Shown: piece by piece, positions 13,030 to 26,079 of the stretch
Layout: the number at the start of each line of letters is the position of its first letter
Position numbering within the stretch: position 1 is the first letter of the stretch
DNA from: Heterodontus francisci
Taxonomy: Eukaryota
Assembly: GCF_036365525.1 (NCBI RefSeq)
Contig: NC_090378.1
Location: 117,537,593 to 117,601,592, forward strand
Reading direction: 5' to 3'
Length of the DNA stretch: 64,000 nucleotides
The notes under the pieces: model-generated
Databases searched by the model: none
The model's input: only the letters and a program-made list of their open reading frames with translations
What the model was told of the DNA's origin: nothing
Translations under genes and position numbers: made by a program

Positions 13030-15780
13030 ATTCTATCACGGGATGTGGGTGTCGCTGGCTCAGCCAGCATTTATTACCCATCCCTAATTGCCCTTGAGAA
13101 GATGGTGGTGAGCCTCCTTCTTGAACCGCTGCAGTCTTTGTGGTGTATGTACACCCACAGTGCTGTTGTAAAGGGAGTTCCAGAATTTTGACCCAGTAAC
13201 AGTGAAGCAACAGCAATATCGTTCTAAGTCAGGATGGTGTGTGCCTTGGAGGGGAACTTGCAGGTGGTGGTGTTCCCATGCATCTGCTGTCCTTATCCTT
13301 CTAGGTGATATAGATTGTAGATTTGGAAGGTGCTGTCAAAGGAGCCTTGGTGCTTTGCTGCAGTGCATCTTGTAGATGGTACATACAGCTGCCAGTGTGC
13401 GTCAGTGGTGGAGGGAGTGAATGTTTGTGGATGGGGTGCCAATCAAGTGGGCTGCTTTGTCCTGGATGGTGTCAAGCTTCTTAATTGTTGTTGGAGCTGC
13501 TCTCATCCAGGCAATTGGAGGGTATTCCATCACACTCCTGACATATGCCTTGTATATGGTGGAGAGCCTTTACGGAGTCAGGAGATGAGTTACTCACTGC
13601 AGAATTCCTAGCCTCTGACATGTTCTTGTAGCCATAGTACTTCTGTGGCTGGTGCAGTTCATTTTCTGGTCAATGCTAACCCCCAGGATGTTGATTGTGG
13701 GGGATTTTGCGATAGTAATGCCATTGAATGTCAAGGGAAGATGGTTAGATTCTCTCTTGTTTGATGTGATCAGTACCTAGCATTTGTGTGGCACAAATGT
13801 AACTTGCCACTTATCAGCACAAGCCTGAATGTTGTCCAGGTACTGCTTCAGTCTCTGAGGAGTCACGAATGGTGTTGAATATTGTTCAATCGTCAGCAAA
13901 CATCTTCACTTCTGACCTTAAAGTGGAGGAAAGGTCATTGATGAAAGTGCTGAAGATGGTTGGGCCTAGGACACTACCCTGAGGAACTCCTGCAGTGATA
14001 TCCTAGGACTGAGATGATTGACCTCCAACAACCACAACCATCTTCCTTTATGCTAGGTCTGAATCTAACCAGTGGAGAGTTTTTCCACTGATTCCCATTG
14101 ACTCCAGTTTTACGAGGGCTCTTTGATGCCATACTCGTTCAAATGGTGTCAAAGGCAGTCACTCTCACCTCACCTCTGGAGTTTAGCTCTTTTGTCCATG
14201 TTTCAATCAAGGCTGCAATGAGGTCAAGAGCTGAGTGGCCCTGGCAGAACCCAAACTGAGTGTCAGTGAGCAGGTTATTGCTGAGCAAGTGCCACTTGAT
14301 AGCACTGTCGACGACCCCTTCCATCACTTTGCTGATGATTGTGAGTAAACTGATAGGGCAGTAATTGGTTGGGTTGAATTTGTCCTGCTTTTTGTGAACA
14401 GGACACACCTGGCCAATTTTCCACATTGTCGGATAGATGCCAGTGCTGTAGCTGTTCTGGAATAGCTTTGTTAGGGGCGCTGATTGTTCTGGAGCACAAG
14501 TCTTCAGTTCTATTGCCGAAATGTTGTCAGGGCCCATAGCCTTTGCTCTATCCAGTGCCTTCAGTCGTTTCTTGATATCACATGAAGTGAATCAAATTGG
14601 CTGAAGACTGGCATCTATGGTGTTCAGGACCTCAGGAAGAGGCCAAGATGAATCATTGACTTCTAGCTGAAGATGGATGCAAATGTTTCAGCCTTGTCTT
14701 GCACACAGAGATGCTGGGCTCCCCCATAGTTGAGGATGGGGATATTTGTGGAGCCTGTCACAGACCTTTAATTATTTTTCTTCTCAGATTAAAAACAGTG
14801 TGCGTGCCTTTAAGACGCTGTTAACAACAGTGCACCTCCAAGGGAGAGAATGTTTTAGAATTCCTGGAGACACAGTGCACCAGCTGCATTTTTGTTAAAA
14901 TGGGCAACAGCAGGAGAGAGAAAGGTCACATGGTAATGTTTCCATTTTAACTGTGTGTGAAACTGGCAGAAACCGGCTGAGACCAGTTAGTTTTTGAGAG
15001 ACTTTCCAGTGAGGCGATCTGAAGAAAAGGAGCTGTATTATTTTCTCTCAGAAAAATTCTACAAGGTGCTACAAGCCACGTTCATTCCTGAGTAAAGAAG
15101 AAAAGCTTTTCTTCCTCAATAAATTATTTGTATTGCTGTGCTCATCGTTCAAAGAACTGTTTAATGCGTGCTACAGCCGAAGAGTTGAATGCCTATCTTC
15201 TGAAGGACTGTTTTCACCAGATCCATGTGAAGACCGCAAATGACCTTTGACTATTTTCACTTTGGAAGACCTCATCCACCAGGAACATAATCCACAAACA
15301 CTTTCTTATTTTATTTATACTTAAGAGACAGCTAATTTTTAAAAATTCCACTTTAATAAAAAAAACAGTTAACTATTGTTACTTCTGAGTACATGTGTGT
15401 GAATGTGGGAGTTAGATTAATATAAGTTATAAGGTCTTTAGAATAGGTTTATCTTAATAGTGTTTAAGATTGCATTTTAATAAATAGTTAATTTATTGTT
15501 GTCTAAACATGTCTGGTTTGGTCTGTTTCATTCTGGGGTTACTGTTTAATTTGGCAGTTTTCCGATTGGGTGTGAAAGCTTAATAATATGCTGCAACCTG
15601 CAGAGTGACGGGACTGAATTAACAGTGTGTTGCTCCCACTACAGTTGTAACAAGCCTCCTCGCCCAGTTAGTTGTTTAATTGTCCACCGTCATTCACGAG
15701 TAGATATGGCAGCACTGCAGAGCTTAGATCTGATCCTTTGCTTGTGGGATCATTTATCTCTATCACATGCTGCTTCTGCT
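13030..15780 (-). mobile_element. CR1/L2-group LINE, RT region and 3' end, interrupted by a solo LTR
   Basis: ORF 14139-14537 GPDNISAIELKTCAPE...PVHKKQDKFNPTNYCPISLL...QFGF; the LINE sequence resumes at 15653 after the LTR. Confidence 0.85.
14756..15652 (+). mobile_element. Solo LTR (897 bp) with 4-bp target-site duplication
   Basis: Begins TGTCA and ends TGTAACA; flanked by AGCC at 14752-14755 and 15653-15656; internal AATAAA. Confidence 0.8.
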
Positions 15781-16049
15781 GTTCGACACGCCTGAACTCC
15801 TGGCTCCATAGCATTGGACGGGCTGCAGTCTCAGCAGTGGCCACCACTCCCAGTGGAGCTGCTGGGACTAAGAGCTGCCGGCCCACTGATTGGTCGGCAA
15901 GTTACTGAGGCAGGATCTCCTCCCTCAAGTGGGTGGAAGTCCTGCCTCGGAACAATTAAATCCCAGGGACCCGTAAAATGCAGGTCGGTTCCCCGGGCTA
16001 TGCGTAAAAGTCAGTGGTGAAGTCTCGTCCGCCTACGGTAAAATCCAGC

Positions 16050-18480
16050 CCATTGAGTGAATCTCGCACACTACTGCTTTGTTGAGCCACGTTAAATCCA
16101 CACATATTCGCAGAGTTTCATTTGGCTTCAGGACAGGAACCATGGCTAATCACCAGTTCATTGGTTGCCTTACCAGAGAGATAATGCCCATTCTTGTCAC
16201 CTCCTCCAATTGTTTTTGGGCTTTGTTTAATAAGGGATGAGGTATTCCTCTTTGTGTGAAGATACACACTGATTTGTCCCCTTCCTTCAGAGTGATCCTG
16301 TACTCCGTCTTTAGTTTTCTGAGCCCTTTGAACAGCTTCAGGAATTCTGTTTGAAAGGAATTGTTCGCCTTTGTTTGCTTGACTTTGGCTACATTTTTAA
16401 TCAACTGCAGTTGTAAGCAGACATTCCTGCTTAGTAAAGAAAATGCTTGATTGTGCAAGAAATGCAAGTTCTCTACCAGTTGTCTGCCGCTGTGCTGAAG
16501 AGTTTCTTGGAGTTTGCCTTTTACTCACAGTTATGTCCTGCCAGGACCGTGCAATTGTATATCTGTCAGTTGCAGGTAATGTCTCTTCACCCAAGGATCT
16601 TGGTCAGACAATACCATGACACTCGCCCCTGTGTCAAGCTTAAAATTCATGAGGCGTCCATTCACAGAGATGTCTGCTGTCCAGAAATTTTGGTCTGTAT
16701 TATTGATTTCTCCCAAGAGCTCTCCTGGTACTTGCCCTTGTGGATATTGCTGTACTTGATTCACTGCTGTTTGAGTGAAGGTTTTCTGCTTTGTACTTTT
16801 AAGTGCAGAGATTTTGCTGTGGCACATCTTCCCATAATTAAAACACTCAGCTTTACTTGCTGGGCACTGCTCTCGTCTGTGGGTCTTCTTGGCTCCACAA
16901 TATTGACAAGGTTTTCCTGTGTCATGCATCTTCTCACCTGGATGTTTTTTTCTGTTCCTCAAAGTTTTTCCCTGGCTTTGGCTTCACCAGTTGGTTGGGA
17001 ATTGGACTCCTTCTCATCCACAGCTTGTCTTCAGCTCGTAGAATGTCCCTATTCTGTTTGTGAACCTCAGCTTGTCTTATAATTTGAATGGCCTTTTCCA
17101 GTGTAAGGTCTTCCTTGGATTGCAACAGGTCTGACAAGGATTCATCCGCTGTGCCGATGACTATCCTGTCTCTGATTAGTTCTGCTTTTCATTCACTGTG
17201 TTCACAACCTTCTGACAATTTATACAGGTCATTAATATAAGAATCTACAGACTCTCCAATCATCTGCACCCACTTATTAAATTTGGCTCTTTTCAAAATT
17301 TCATTGGTAGGCAGATTAAAATATTTATCAAAAGCTTGGAGTACTTTTTGAATTTATCAGAAGCCTCATTGATCCCTTGTCGGACAGTTACATTGTCTGC
17401 TATTGCACCTACTGAATACAGGAGGGTGTTCACTTGCTCCATTTCAGATTTGGTCTGGAGTTGAGAAGCAATTCTGAATATTAAGAACCTTATTCTCCAT
17501 ATTAGCCAATTTTGGACCTGATTGAGACCTTCTTGGTTCTGGAAACTCTCAGGCATTCCCAATTTTGGATCCATATTGCTTCCTTTCGTTTTTTAGACTT
17601 TGCTAAGGTGGTCCTTGGCTCGAGGTGTTTGCGTTCTGTTTGGGGCTTTCCCACGCTCTCCGACCTTTCACGCACTTTCTGACAAATACCAAGCTTTTTC
17701 CCTCGGTGAGGCTGAGCAATGGCTGCCACTGTACTCACCTCTCGTCGCCGATTCGACTGAGATCTCTTTCTGCACCTGATTTTTTTCCCAGTGCACCGTT
17801 TAAACAAATGGCCAATTTCACTGTCCCACCGATCCTGGATCGTCGTCTGGCATGAAGACTCAGACCCAACCGCTGGATGTGCTGGATGTACTGACGCAGA
17901 GCCTCCCATTGCTGTGGTGTGGTCTCCAGAGCCTCTTCACAGCCTCTTCTGCCAGTAAGTCATTTTCTTACTGTACTGGACCAGTATTTATCTTTACATT
18001 TCTCTGCTTTACCCCTGGTGTTCCTTCCAAAGGTAAGGAGATCTTCAAATTCTCCTATAATAATAGCAAAATACTGCAGATGCTGGAAATCTGAAATAAA
18101 AACAAGAAATGCTGCAACCACTCAGCAGGTCTGGCAGCATCTGTGGAAAGAGAAGCAGAGGTAACGTTTCGGGTCACTGACCCTTCTTCAAATTCTCCTG
18201 ATCCCTTTCACAGCAGCCACCATATTGCGTTGTCGTGTTTGTATTAGTAGTGTTTAAGGGCGTTCTACAGAAAGTCTTCAATTCCGGTAAAGGTTAACAA
18301 TAACTCTTTATTATTCACAGTTACTATATACACTCTCCACAAGCCACTTAAACTAGTATCCTTCGTGCTGCTATACCTTCTCCTTCTCAAGTCTATCTCA
18401 TGTGACTGTTACATCATCACTTGCACAGTGGGAGGGGTCTCATTGTCTTTGGTATTAACTCTTTACATCCTTATACTACA
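16050..18480 (-). mobile_element. Ty3/Gypsy LTR retrotransposon 5' half (LTR, PBS, gag, protease, start of RT), decayed
   Basis: Gag-like NWLIWRIRF...EQVNTLLYSVG; zinc knuckles CQYCG..H...CPA...CFNYGK.CH; protease FKLDTGASV; RT start PHPLLNK..KQLEE...MGII. LTR ~18225-18480, followed on the minus strand by a TGG PBS near 18220. Confidence 0.85.
18057..18184. mobile_element. Short interspersed element with 15-bp target-site duplication
   Basis: Flanked by TCTTCAAATTCTCCT at 18042-18056 and 18185-18199; related copies near 7993-8092 and 61850-61935. Confidence 0.75.
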
Positions 18481-18729
18481 CCTCGGTTGATGCTGGAGGT
18501 CTGTCCAGTTTCATTCCTTTTAGACTTTTTTCTTGTGATTTGGTACAACTGAATGGCTTGCCAGGCCATTTCAGAGGGCATTTAAGAGTCAACCACATTG
18601 CTGTGGGTCTGGAGTCATACATAGGCCAGACCAGATAAGGACAGCAGATTTCCTTCCCTAAAGGACATTAGTGAACCAGATGGGTTTTTATGACAATCTA
18701 CAATGGTTTCATAGTCACCATTACCGAGA

Positions 18730-21515
18730 ACATACGGACATACAAATTCAGAGCAGGAGTAGACCACTCGACCCCTCGAACCTGCTCCGCCATTCAATAA
18801 GTTCATGGCTGAACTGATTACTCCACATTTCCACCTACCCCCGATAACCTTCCACCCCCTTGCTTATCAAGAATCTATCTACCTCTTCCGTAAAAATATT
18901 CAAAGACTCTGCTTCCACTGCCTTTTGAGGAAGAGAATTCCAAAGACTCACGATCCTCTGAGAGAAAAGATTTCTCCTCATCTCTGTCTTAAATGGGCGA
19001 TACCTTATTTTTAAACAGTGACCCCTAGTTCGAGATTCTTCCACAAGGGGAAACATCCTTTCCACATCCACCCTGTCAAGACCCCCCAGGATCTTATATG
19101 TTTCAATCAAGACGCCTCTTACTTTTCTAAATTCCAGCGGATACAACCTAGCCTGTCCAATCTTTCCTCGGAAGACAGGCCACCCATTCCAGGTATCAGT
19201 CTAGTAAACCTTCTCTGTACTGCCTCCAAAGCATTTACATCCTTCCTTAAATAAGGAGACCAGTACTGTACACAGTACTCCAGATGTGGTTTCACCAATG
19301 CCCTGTATAGCTGAAGCATAACCTCCCTACTTTTGTATTCAATTCCCCTTGTGATAAATGATAACATTCTATTAGCTTTCCTAATTACGTGCTGTATCTG
19401 CATACTAACTTTTGCGATTCATTGACTCATGCACTAGGACACCCAGATTCCTCTGCATCTCAGAGCTCTGCAATCTCTCACAATTTAGATAATATGCTTC
19501 TGTTTTATTCTTCCTGCCAAAGTGGACAATTTCCCACTTTCCCACTTTCCCACATTATCCTCCATTTCCCAGGTCTTTGCCCACTCACTTAACCGATCTG
19601 TATTCCTTTGTAGCCTCCTTATGTCCTTTTCACAAGTTACTTTCCTACCTATCTTTCTGTCCTCAGCAAATTTAGCGACCATACCTTCATCTAAGTCATT
19701 TATATAAATTGTAAAAAGTTGAGGCCCCCAGCACAGATCCCTGTGGCACACCACCTGTTACGTCTTGCCAACCAGAAAATGACCCATTTATGCCGACTGT
19801 CTGTTTGCTGTTAGCTAACCAATCTTCGATCCATGCCAATATGTTACCCTCTACACTATGAGCTTTTATTTTCTGCAATAACCTTTGATGTAGCACCTTA
19901 TCAAATGCCTTCTGGGAATCCAAGTACAATACATCCACTGGTTCCCCTTTATCCACAGCACATGTAACTCCCTCAAAGAACTCCAATAACTTGGTTAAAC
20001 ATGATTTCCCTTTCACAAAACCATGTTGAGTCTTCCTGATTACCTTGAATTTTTCTAAATACCCTGCTCAAACATTTTCCCTGAGACAGATGTTAAGCTA
20101 ACTGGCCTGTAGTTTCCTGCTTTCTGTCTCCCTCCCTTTTTGAATAAAGGAGTTACATTTGCTATTTTCCAATCTAAAGGAACCTTCCCTGGATCTTGGG
20201 AATTTTGGAAAATTAAAACTAACGCATCAACTATCTCACTAGCCACTTCTTCTAACACCCGAAGATGAAGTCCATCAGGACCTGGGGACGTGTCATCCCG
20301 CAGCTCCAACAATTTGTTCAGTACCACGTCCCTGATGATTGTAATTTTCTTGAGTTCCTCCCTCCCTTCCATTTCCTGACTTACAGCTAATACTAGGATG
20401 TTACGTGTTTACTCAGTAGTGAAGACTGATACAAAATATCTTTTCAATTCATCAGCCATCTCCTTTTTATCCATCAATAATTCCCTAGACTCACTTTTTA
20501 TAGGAGCAATGCTCACTTTGTTAACTTTTTTCTTTTTAATATATTTATAGATGCTCTTGCTATCTATCTTTATATTTCTAGCTAGCTTTCTCTTGTACTC
20601 TAACTTTACCTTCCTTCTCAATCTTTTAGTCCTTCTTTGCTGTTTTTTATGTTCCGTCCAATCTTCTGGCCTGCCTCCCACCTTTGCACAATTATAGGCT
20701 TTTCCTTTAAGTTTTATATATCTTTAACTGTTTTACTTAACCACGAATGGCGGGTCCCACCCTTGGAAATTTTCTTTCTCGTTGAAATGTACCTATTCTG
20801 TATATTCTGAAATATCCCCTTAAAAGTCTGCCACTGCATCTCTATTGACCTATCCCTAAACCTGCTTTGCCAGTTCACTTCAGCTCGCTCTGCTTTCATT
20901 CCCTCATAATTGCTCTTATTTAAGTTTAAAATACTAGTCTCGAACCCACTCTTCTCTCCTTCAAACTGAATGTAAAATTCAATCATATTCTGATCGCTGC
21001 TACCTAGGGACACTTTAACTATGAGGTCATTAATTATTCCTATCTCATTCCACAATACCAGGTCTAGTATAGCCTGCTCTCTGGTTGGATCCAGAACGTA
21101 TTGTTCCAAGAAATTATCCCAAAATCATTCCATGTACTCATCTAGGCTACCTCTGCCCATCTGATTTTTCCAGTCTATATGTAGGTTAAAATCCCCCACA
21201 ATTATCACTATACCTTTCTGACAAGCTGCCATTATTTCTTCCTTTATACCCCTTCCCACAGTGTAGTTAATGTTAGGTAGCCTGTGCACCACTCCCACAT
21301 GTGACTTCTTGTCTTTATGATTTCTCATCTCTACCCAAACTGCTTCATCATCCTGGTCTCCTGAACTTAGGTCATCCCTCTCTATTGCGCTAATGCCATC
21401 ATTAATTAACAGAGCTACCCCTCCACCGTTTCCTAGCTTCCTGTCCTTCCTAAATGCCAGATATCCTTCAATATTCAGGTCCCAATCAATGTCGTCCTGT
21501 AACCTGTAATGGCTA
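18730..21515 (-). mobile_element. CR1-clade LINE ORF2, frameshifted, cut at its 5' side by the RTE element
   Basis: Fragments PTREQAILDLVL, SPGPDGLH, NYRPVSLTSV, KGKSCLTKLLEFF, GVPQGSVLG, LVKPHLEYCVQYWSP and FSQRIVSLWNSLP. Confidence 0.93.
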
Positions 21516-24500
21516 TCTTCTTTGGCCTCCTTGTCTCGGGAGATAATGGGTAAGCACTTGGAGGTGGTCAGTGGTTTGTAAAGCAGCGCCTGGAGTAGCT
21601 ATAAAGACCAATTCTCGAGTGACAGACTCTTCCACAGGTGCTGCAGAAAAAATTGGTTGCCGAGGCTGTTACACAATTGGCTCTCCCCTTGCGCTTCTGT
21701 CTTTTTTCCTGCCAACTGCTAAGTCTCTTTGACTCGCCACACTTCAGCCCCGCCTTTATGGCTGCCCATCAGCTCTGGCGATCGCTGGCAACTGACTCCC
21801 ATGACTTGTGATCAATGTCACAGGACTTCATGTCGCGTTTGCAGACGTCTTTAAAGCGGAGACATGGACGGCTGGTAGGTCTGATACCAGTGGCGAGCTC
21901 GCTGCACAATGAGTCCTTGGGGATCCTGCCATCTTCCATGCGGCTCACATGGCCAAGCCATCTCAAGCGCCGCTGATTCAGTCGTGTGTATAAGCTGGGG
22001 ATGTTGGCTGCCTCGAGGACTTCTGTGTTGGAGATGCGGTCCTGTCACCTGATGGCAAGGATTCTCTGGAGGCAGCGAAGATGGAATGAATTGAGACGTC
22101 GCTCTTGGCTGACATACGTTGTCCAGGCCTCGCTGCCGTCGAGCAAGGTACTGAGGACACAGGCTTGATACACTCGGATTTTTGTGTTCCGTGTCAGTGC
22201 GCCATTTTCCCACACTCTCTTGGCCAGTCTGGACATCTCAGTGGAAGCCTTTCCCATGCGCTTGTTGATTTCTGCATCGAGAGACAGCTTACTGGTGATA
22301 GTTGAGCCTAGGTAGGTGAACTCTTGAACCACTTCCAGAGTGTGGTCACCGATATTGATGGATGGAGCATTTCTGACGTCCAGTCCCATGATGTTCATTT
22401 TCTTGAGGCTGATGGTTAGGACAAATTCATTGCAGGCAGCCGCAAACCTGTCGAGGAGACTCTGCAGACACTCTTCAGTGTGAGATCTTAATGCAGCATC
22501 GTCAGCAAAGAGGAGTTCCCTGTTGTGGACTTTCCATACTTTGGTCTTCGCTCTTAGACGGGCAAGGTTGAACAACCTGCCACCTGATCTTGTGTGCAGC
22601 AAAATTCCTTCTTCTGAAGACTTGAACGCGTGTGAGAGCAGCAGAGAGAAGAAAATCCCAAACAGTGTAGGTGCGAGAACACAGCCCTGTTTCATGCCAC
22701 ACAGGATAGGAAATGGGTCTGATGAGGTGCCGCTATGCTCAATTGTGCCTTTCATATTGTCATGGAATGAGGTGATGATACTTAGTAGTTTTGGTGGACA
22801 TCCGATCTTTGTTAGTAGTCTGAAGAGACCACGTCTGCTGCCGAGGTCAAAGGCTTTGGTGAGATCAATGAAAGCAATGTCGAGGGGCATCTGTTGTTTG
22901 CGGTATTTCTCCTGTAGCTGACGAAGGGAGAACAGCATGTCAACGGTCGATCTCTCTGCTCGAAAGCCACACTGTGCCTCAGGGTAGATGCGCTCAGCCA
23001 GCTTCTGGAGCCTGTTTAAAGCGACTCGAGCAAAGACTTTTCCCACTATGCTGAGCAGGGAGATTCCACGGTAGTTGTTGCAGTCACCACGGTCACCTTT
23101 GTTCTTATAGAGGGTGTTGATATTGGCATTGCGCATGTCCTGTGGTACTGCTCCCTCATCCCAGCACAGGCAAAGCAGTTCGTAGAGTGCTGAAAGTATA
23201 GCAGGCTTGGCACTCTTGATTATTTCAGGGGTAATGCTGTCCTTTCCAGGGGCTTTTCCGCTGGCTAGAGAATCAGTGGCATCACTGAGTTCTGATTTTG
23301 TTGGCTGTATGTCCAGCTCATCCATGACTGGCAGAGACTGGGCTGCATTGAGGGCGGTGTCAGTGACAACATTTTCCCTGGAGTACAGTTCTAGGTAGTG
23401 CTCAACCCAGCGGTCCATTTGCTTGCTTTGGTCAGTGATTGTGTCCCCTGATTTAGATTTGAGGGGGGCGATCTTCTTGATGGTTGGCCCAAAAGCTCTC
23501 TTAATGCCATCATACATTCCAATGATGTTTCCGGTGTCAGAGGCCAGCTGAATATGACTGCATAGGTGTTGCCAGTAGTCATTTGCGCAGCGCCTGGCTG
23601 TTCTTTGTGCAGCGCTTCTGGCTGTTTTAAGTGCTACGGATGTTAACTCGCTGGGGGCTTTTTTGTAGTTCAGCAGTGCAATGCGCTTAGTGGCTATGAC
23701 AGCTTCCAGATCTTCAAAGTGAGATTGAAACCAGTCTGCAGTCCGCTTCACACGTTTGCCATAGGTGGTCATAGGCTGACTCATAGATGGCGTCTCTGAT
23801 GTGGGCCCACTTGGTCTCTGCATCCCCTGCGGGAGTGTTTTGAAGAGCTTTTCCAAGTCAATTTAGAAATTTTTGTAACAGCTGTGGAAAAGAAATTCTG
23901 CTCGTGTTGATGCACGGGTGGCCCTTCTGCTTGGAGTGATGCAGCTTCTTTGGTTTGAGGCTAACGTTGCTGCACACCAGGGAGTGGTCGGTGTCGCAGT
24001 CCGCACTGTGGAAGCTGCGTGTGATTTGAACACAGTTTAAGGAGGCTCGCCTTGTGATGATGAGGTCCAGCTGGTGCCAACGACGTGATCTTGGGTGCCT
24101 CCAAGAAACCTGGTGACAGGGTTTAGTGTGAAAGAATGAGTTGGTGATGCAGAGGTTATGATAGGTACACAACTCAAGCGGTCTCTGTCCATTCTCATTC
24201 ATCCTTCCAATGCCATAGCGCCCAAGGCAGGAGGGCAATGAGTCATGGTCGGCCCCAACCCTGGCATTAAATTGCCCCCAGCAGGAACAGATGTTCGGTA
24301 TTTGGGATGCTACCAATGATATTATGGAGTTCCTCGTAGAACTGGTCTTTATCTTCAGGTGGGGAGCAGAGTGTTGGAGCATAGGTGCTGAGTAGGTGTA
24401 CTGGACCAGAGGTGGTGAGCAGTCGGATGGACAGTATGCGTTCCGAGCCATTTGAAGGTGGCTCTATCATGCTGAGCAAAGAGTTTCTGATGGCGAAGCC

Positions 24501-25300
24501 CACTCCATGCTGTCTTAGTTCTTCAGGAACCCTTCCCTGCCAGAAGAAGGTGTAGTCTTGCTCTGTTAGAGATCTGCTCGCTGGGAGGCGTGCCTCCTGA
24601 AGTGCTGCAATGTCCACATTGAGTCTACTGAGCTCGTTGTTAATGATGGCGGTCTTCCGAGAATCGTTGATTTGTGTAAGGTCTTCCGACAGGCCAGGAC
24701 ACATAGTTCTGACGTTCCAGCTTGCAAAACGAAGGGCTGGTACCTTCTTTCCTTTTTTCGTGCTGTTTGGTGTGGTGTTGCAGTCCACTTTTCGGGCAAT
24801 AACCCTGAGCTCCAAGCACCCATTGAAGCAGGTGGACTGTGGGGGGACAGAACCTTATTGACTGGGGGTTTCCCGGTTTGAGGCGGGCGGTAGATGTCCA
24901 GTGAGACGCAATGACCTCTCCCACCGACAAAGGCAGCCCGTGGCGCCCAATCTCTACGCCAATTGAGCTGGACTTATAACCTGTAACTGCTGCCTTCCGT
25001 GTTGTTTCGGTTGCTGTGAGGCGACTTTGGAGTGACCTCTCCAGGGCCCTTGCCAGGGCCCTTGCCTGGGTGAATGTATGGAGGTTGTGAGTTGCCCAAG
25101 CGTCAACACCCCCCTCTCGGCCTTCTGGTGGGGTCCAAAGGAGTGCAGAGCACGATATTTGGCACCGGTATGGCTGAAGGAACTGCCGGAAACATGCCTA
25201 AAGTGACACATGACCGCCTACGGGGTTCCGCTCCGGATTGTCTGTTAGGGTTTACTGCCTTAGCCTTGGACTCCCCCAAGACGCCAACAAGGCAGTGGGG
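21516..25300 (-). mobile_element. Near full-length RTE-clade LINE (APE endonuclease plus RT)
   Basis: ORF 24267-24815 LRFASWNVRTM...ALQEAR...GVGF; ORF 23858-24451 FNARVG...DTDHSLV; 603-aa ORF 22045-23856 with YRGISLL, QCGFR, FIDLTKAFD, GMKQGCVLAP and LFADD; short AAG-type tail. Confidence 0.93.
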
Positions 25301-25329
25301 TTGTTAGGGCCCCTGCTCAGGGCTAGGTG

Positions 25330-25580
25330 GATGCCGGTGGGAGGAGGGGGTGCGAGGGGGAGGGGTGGAGGGAAGGGGGTGCGAGGGGGAGCTGGGAAGG
25401 GGGCTGTAGAGGGGTGGGGGGGTTCAGGGGAAGGGGGTGCAGGAGGAAGATGGTGTAAGGGGGGAGCTGGGAAGGGGTTGCGAGGGGGGAGGGGGTGGGG
25501 TAAGAGGGTGCGGGGGGGGTTGAGCTGGGAGGGGGGAGCTGGGAAGGGGAAGCGGGGGGGGGGTGAAGGGGATGCAGGGA
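25330..25580 (+). repeat. G-rich low-complexity tract (G-quadruplex-prone)
   Basis: Many G4-G8 runs with a recurring GGGAGCTGGGAAGGGG. Confidence 0.8.
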
Positions 25581-25597
25581 ATAAAACATTTCATCAG

Positions 25598-25699
25598 TTC
25601 CCACCATCCATGCCGGGAAAGCTCAACCGCGTCCTCCGGGAGGTGGGTGACAGCCTCGGGCGCCAGTACCAGCAGGAATTCGTAGACATTGAGCTGACA
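25598..25699 (+). pseudogene. Bcl-2-family BH3-region fragment (orphan exon or pseudogene piece)
   Basis: Translates FPPSMPGKLNRVLREVGDSLGRQYQQEFVDIELT: a BH3 pattern LxxxGDxL followed by RxYxxxF, as in Bcl-2/Bcl-xL helices 2-3. CpG-rich and preceded by TTTCATCAG. Confidence 0.5.
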
Positions 25700-25870
25700 G
25701 TATTGGAGGCTGCAGGGAGCTGGCAGTATTGGAGGGTACAGGGAGTGGCAGTATTGGAGGGTACAGGGAGTGGCAGTATTGGGGGGGGGAGCAGGGCGCT
25801 GGCAGTATTGGAGGGTACAGGGAGTGGCAGTATTGGGGGGGGGAGCAGGGAGCTGGCAGTATTGGGGGAA
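25700..25870 (+). repeat. Short tandem repeat (~25-30 bp, GGCAGTATTGGAGGGTACAGGGAGT)
   Basis: About 6 imperfect copies are visible. Confidence 0.85.
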
Positions 25871-26079
25871 CAGGGTCTAACAGTCCTGTGAGTCCAGGTA
25901 TTTTGGATTTAAATATCCTGTTTCATCCACTTTCAAACCTCCTGTTTCCAATTTCTACTGTCTTCCCACCATCAGCGTTTGTCTGTCTCTGTTCAGGAGG
26001 TGATTGACTGCAAAACAATGAATTTCCAGTATACAATGTTTTCTATCCAATGAAACAGAATAAAATCTATTATTTTACA

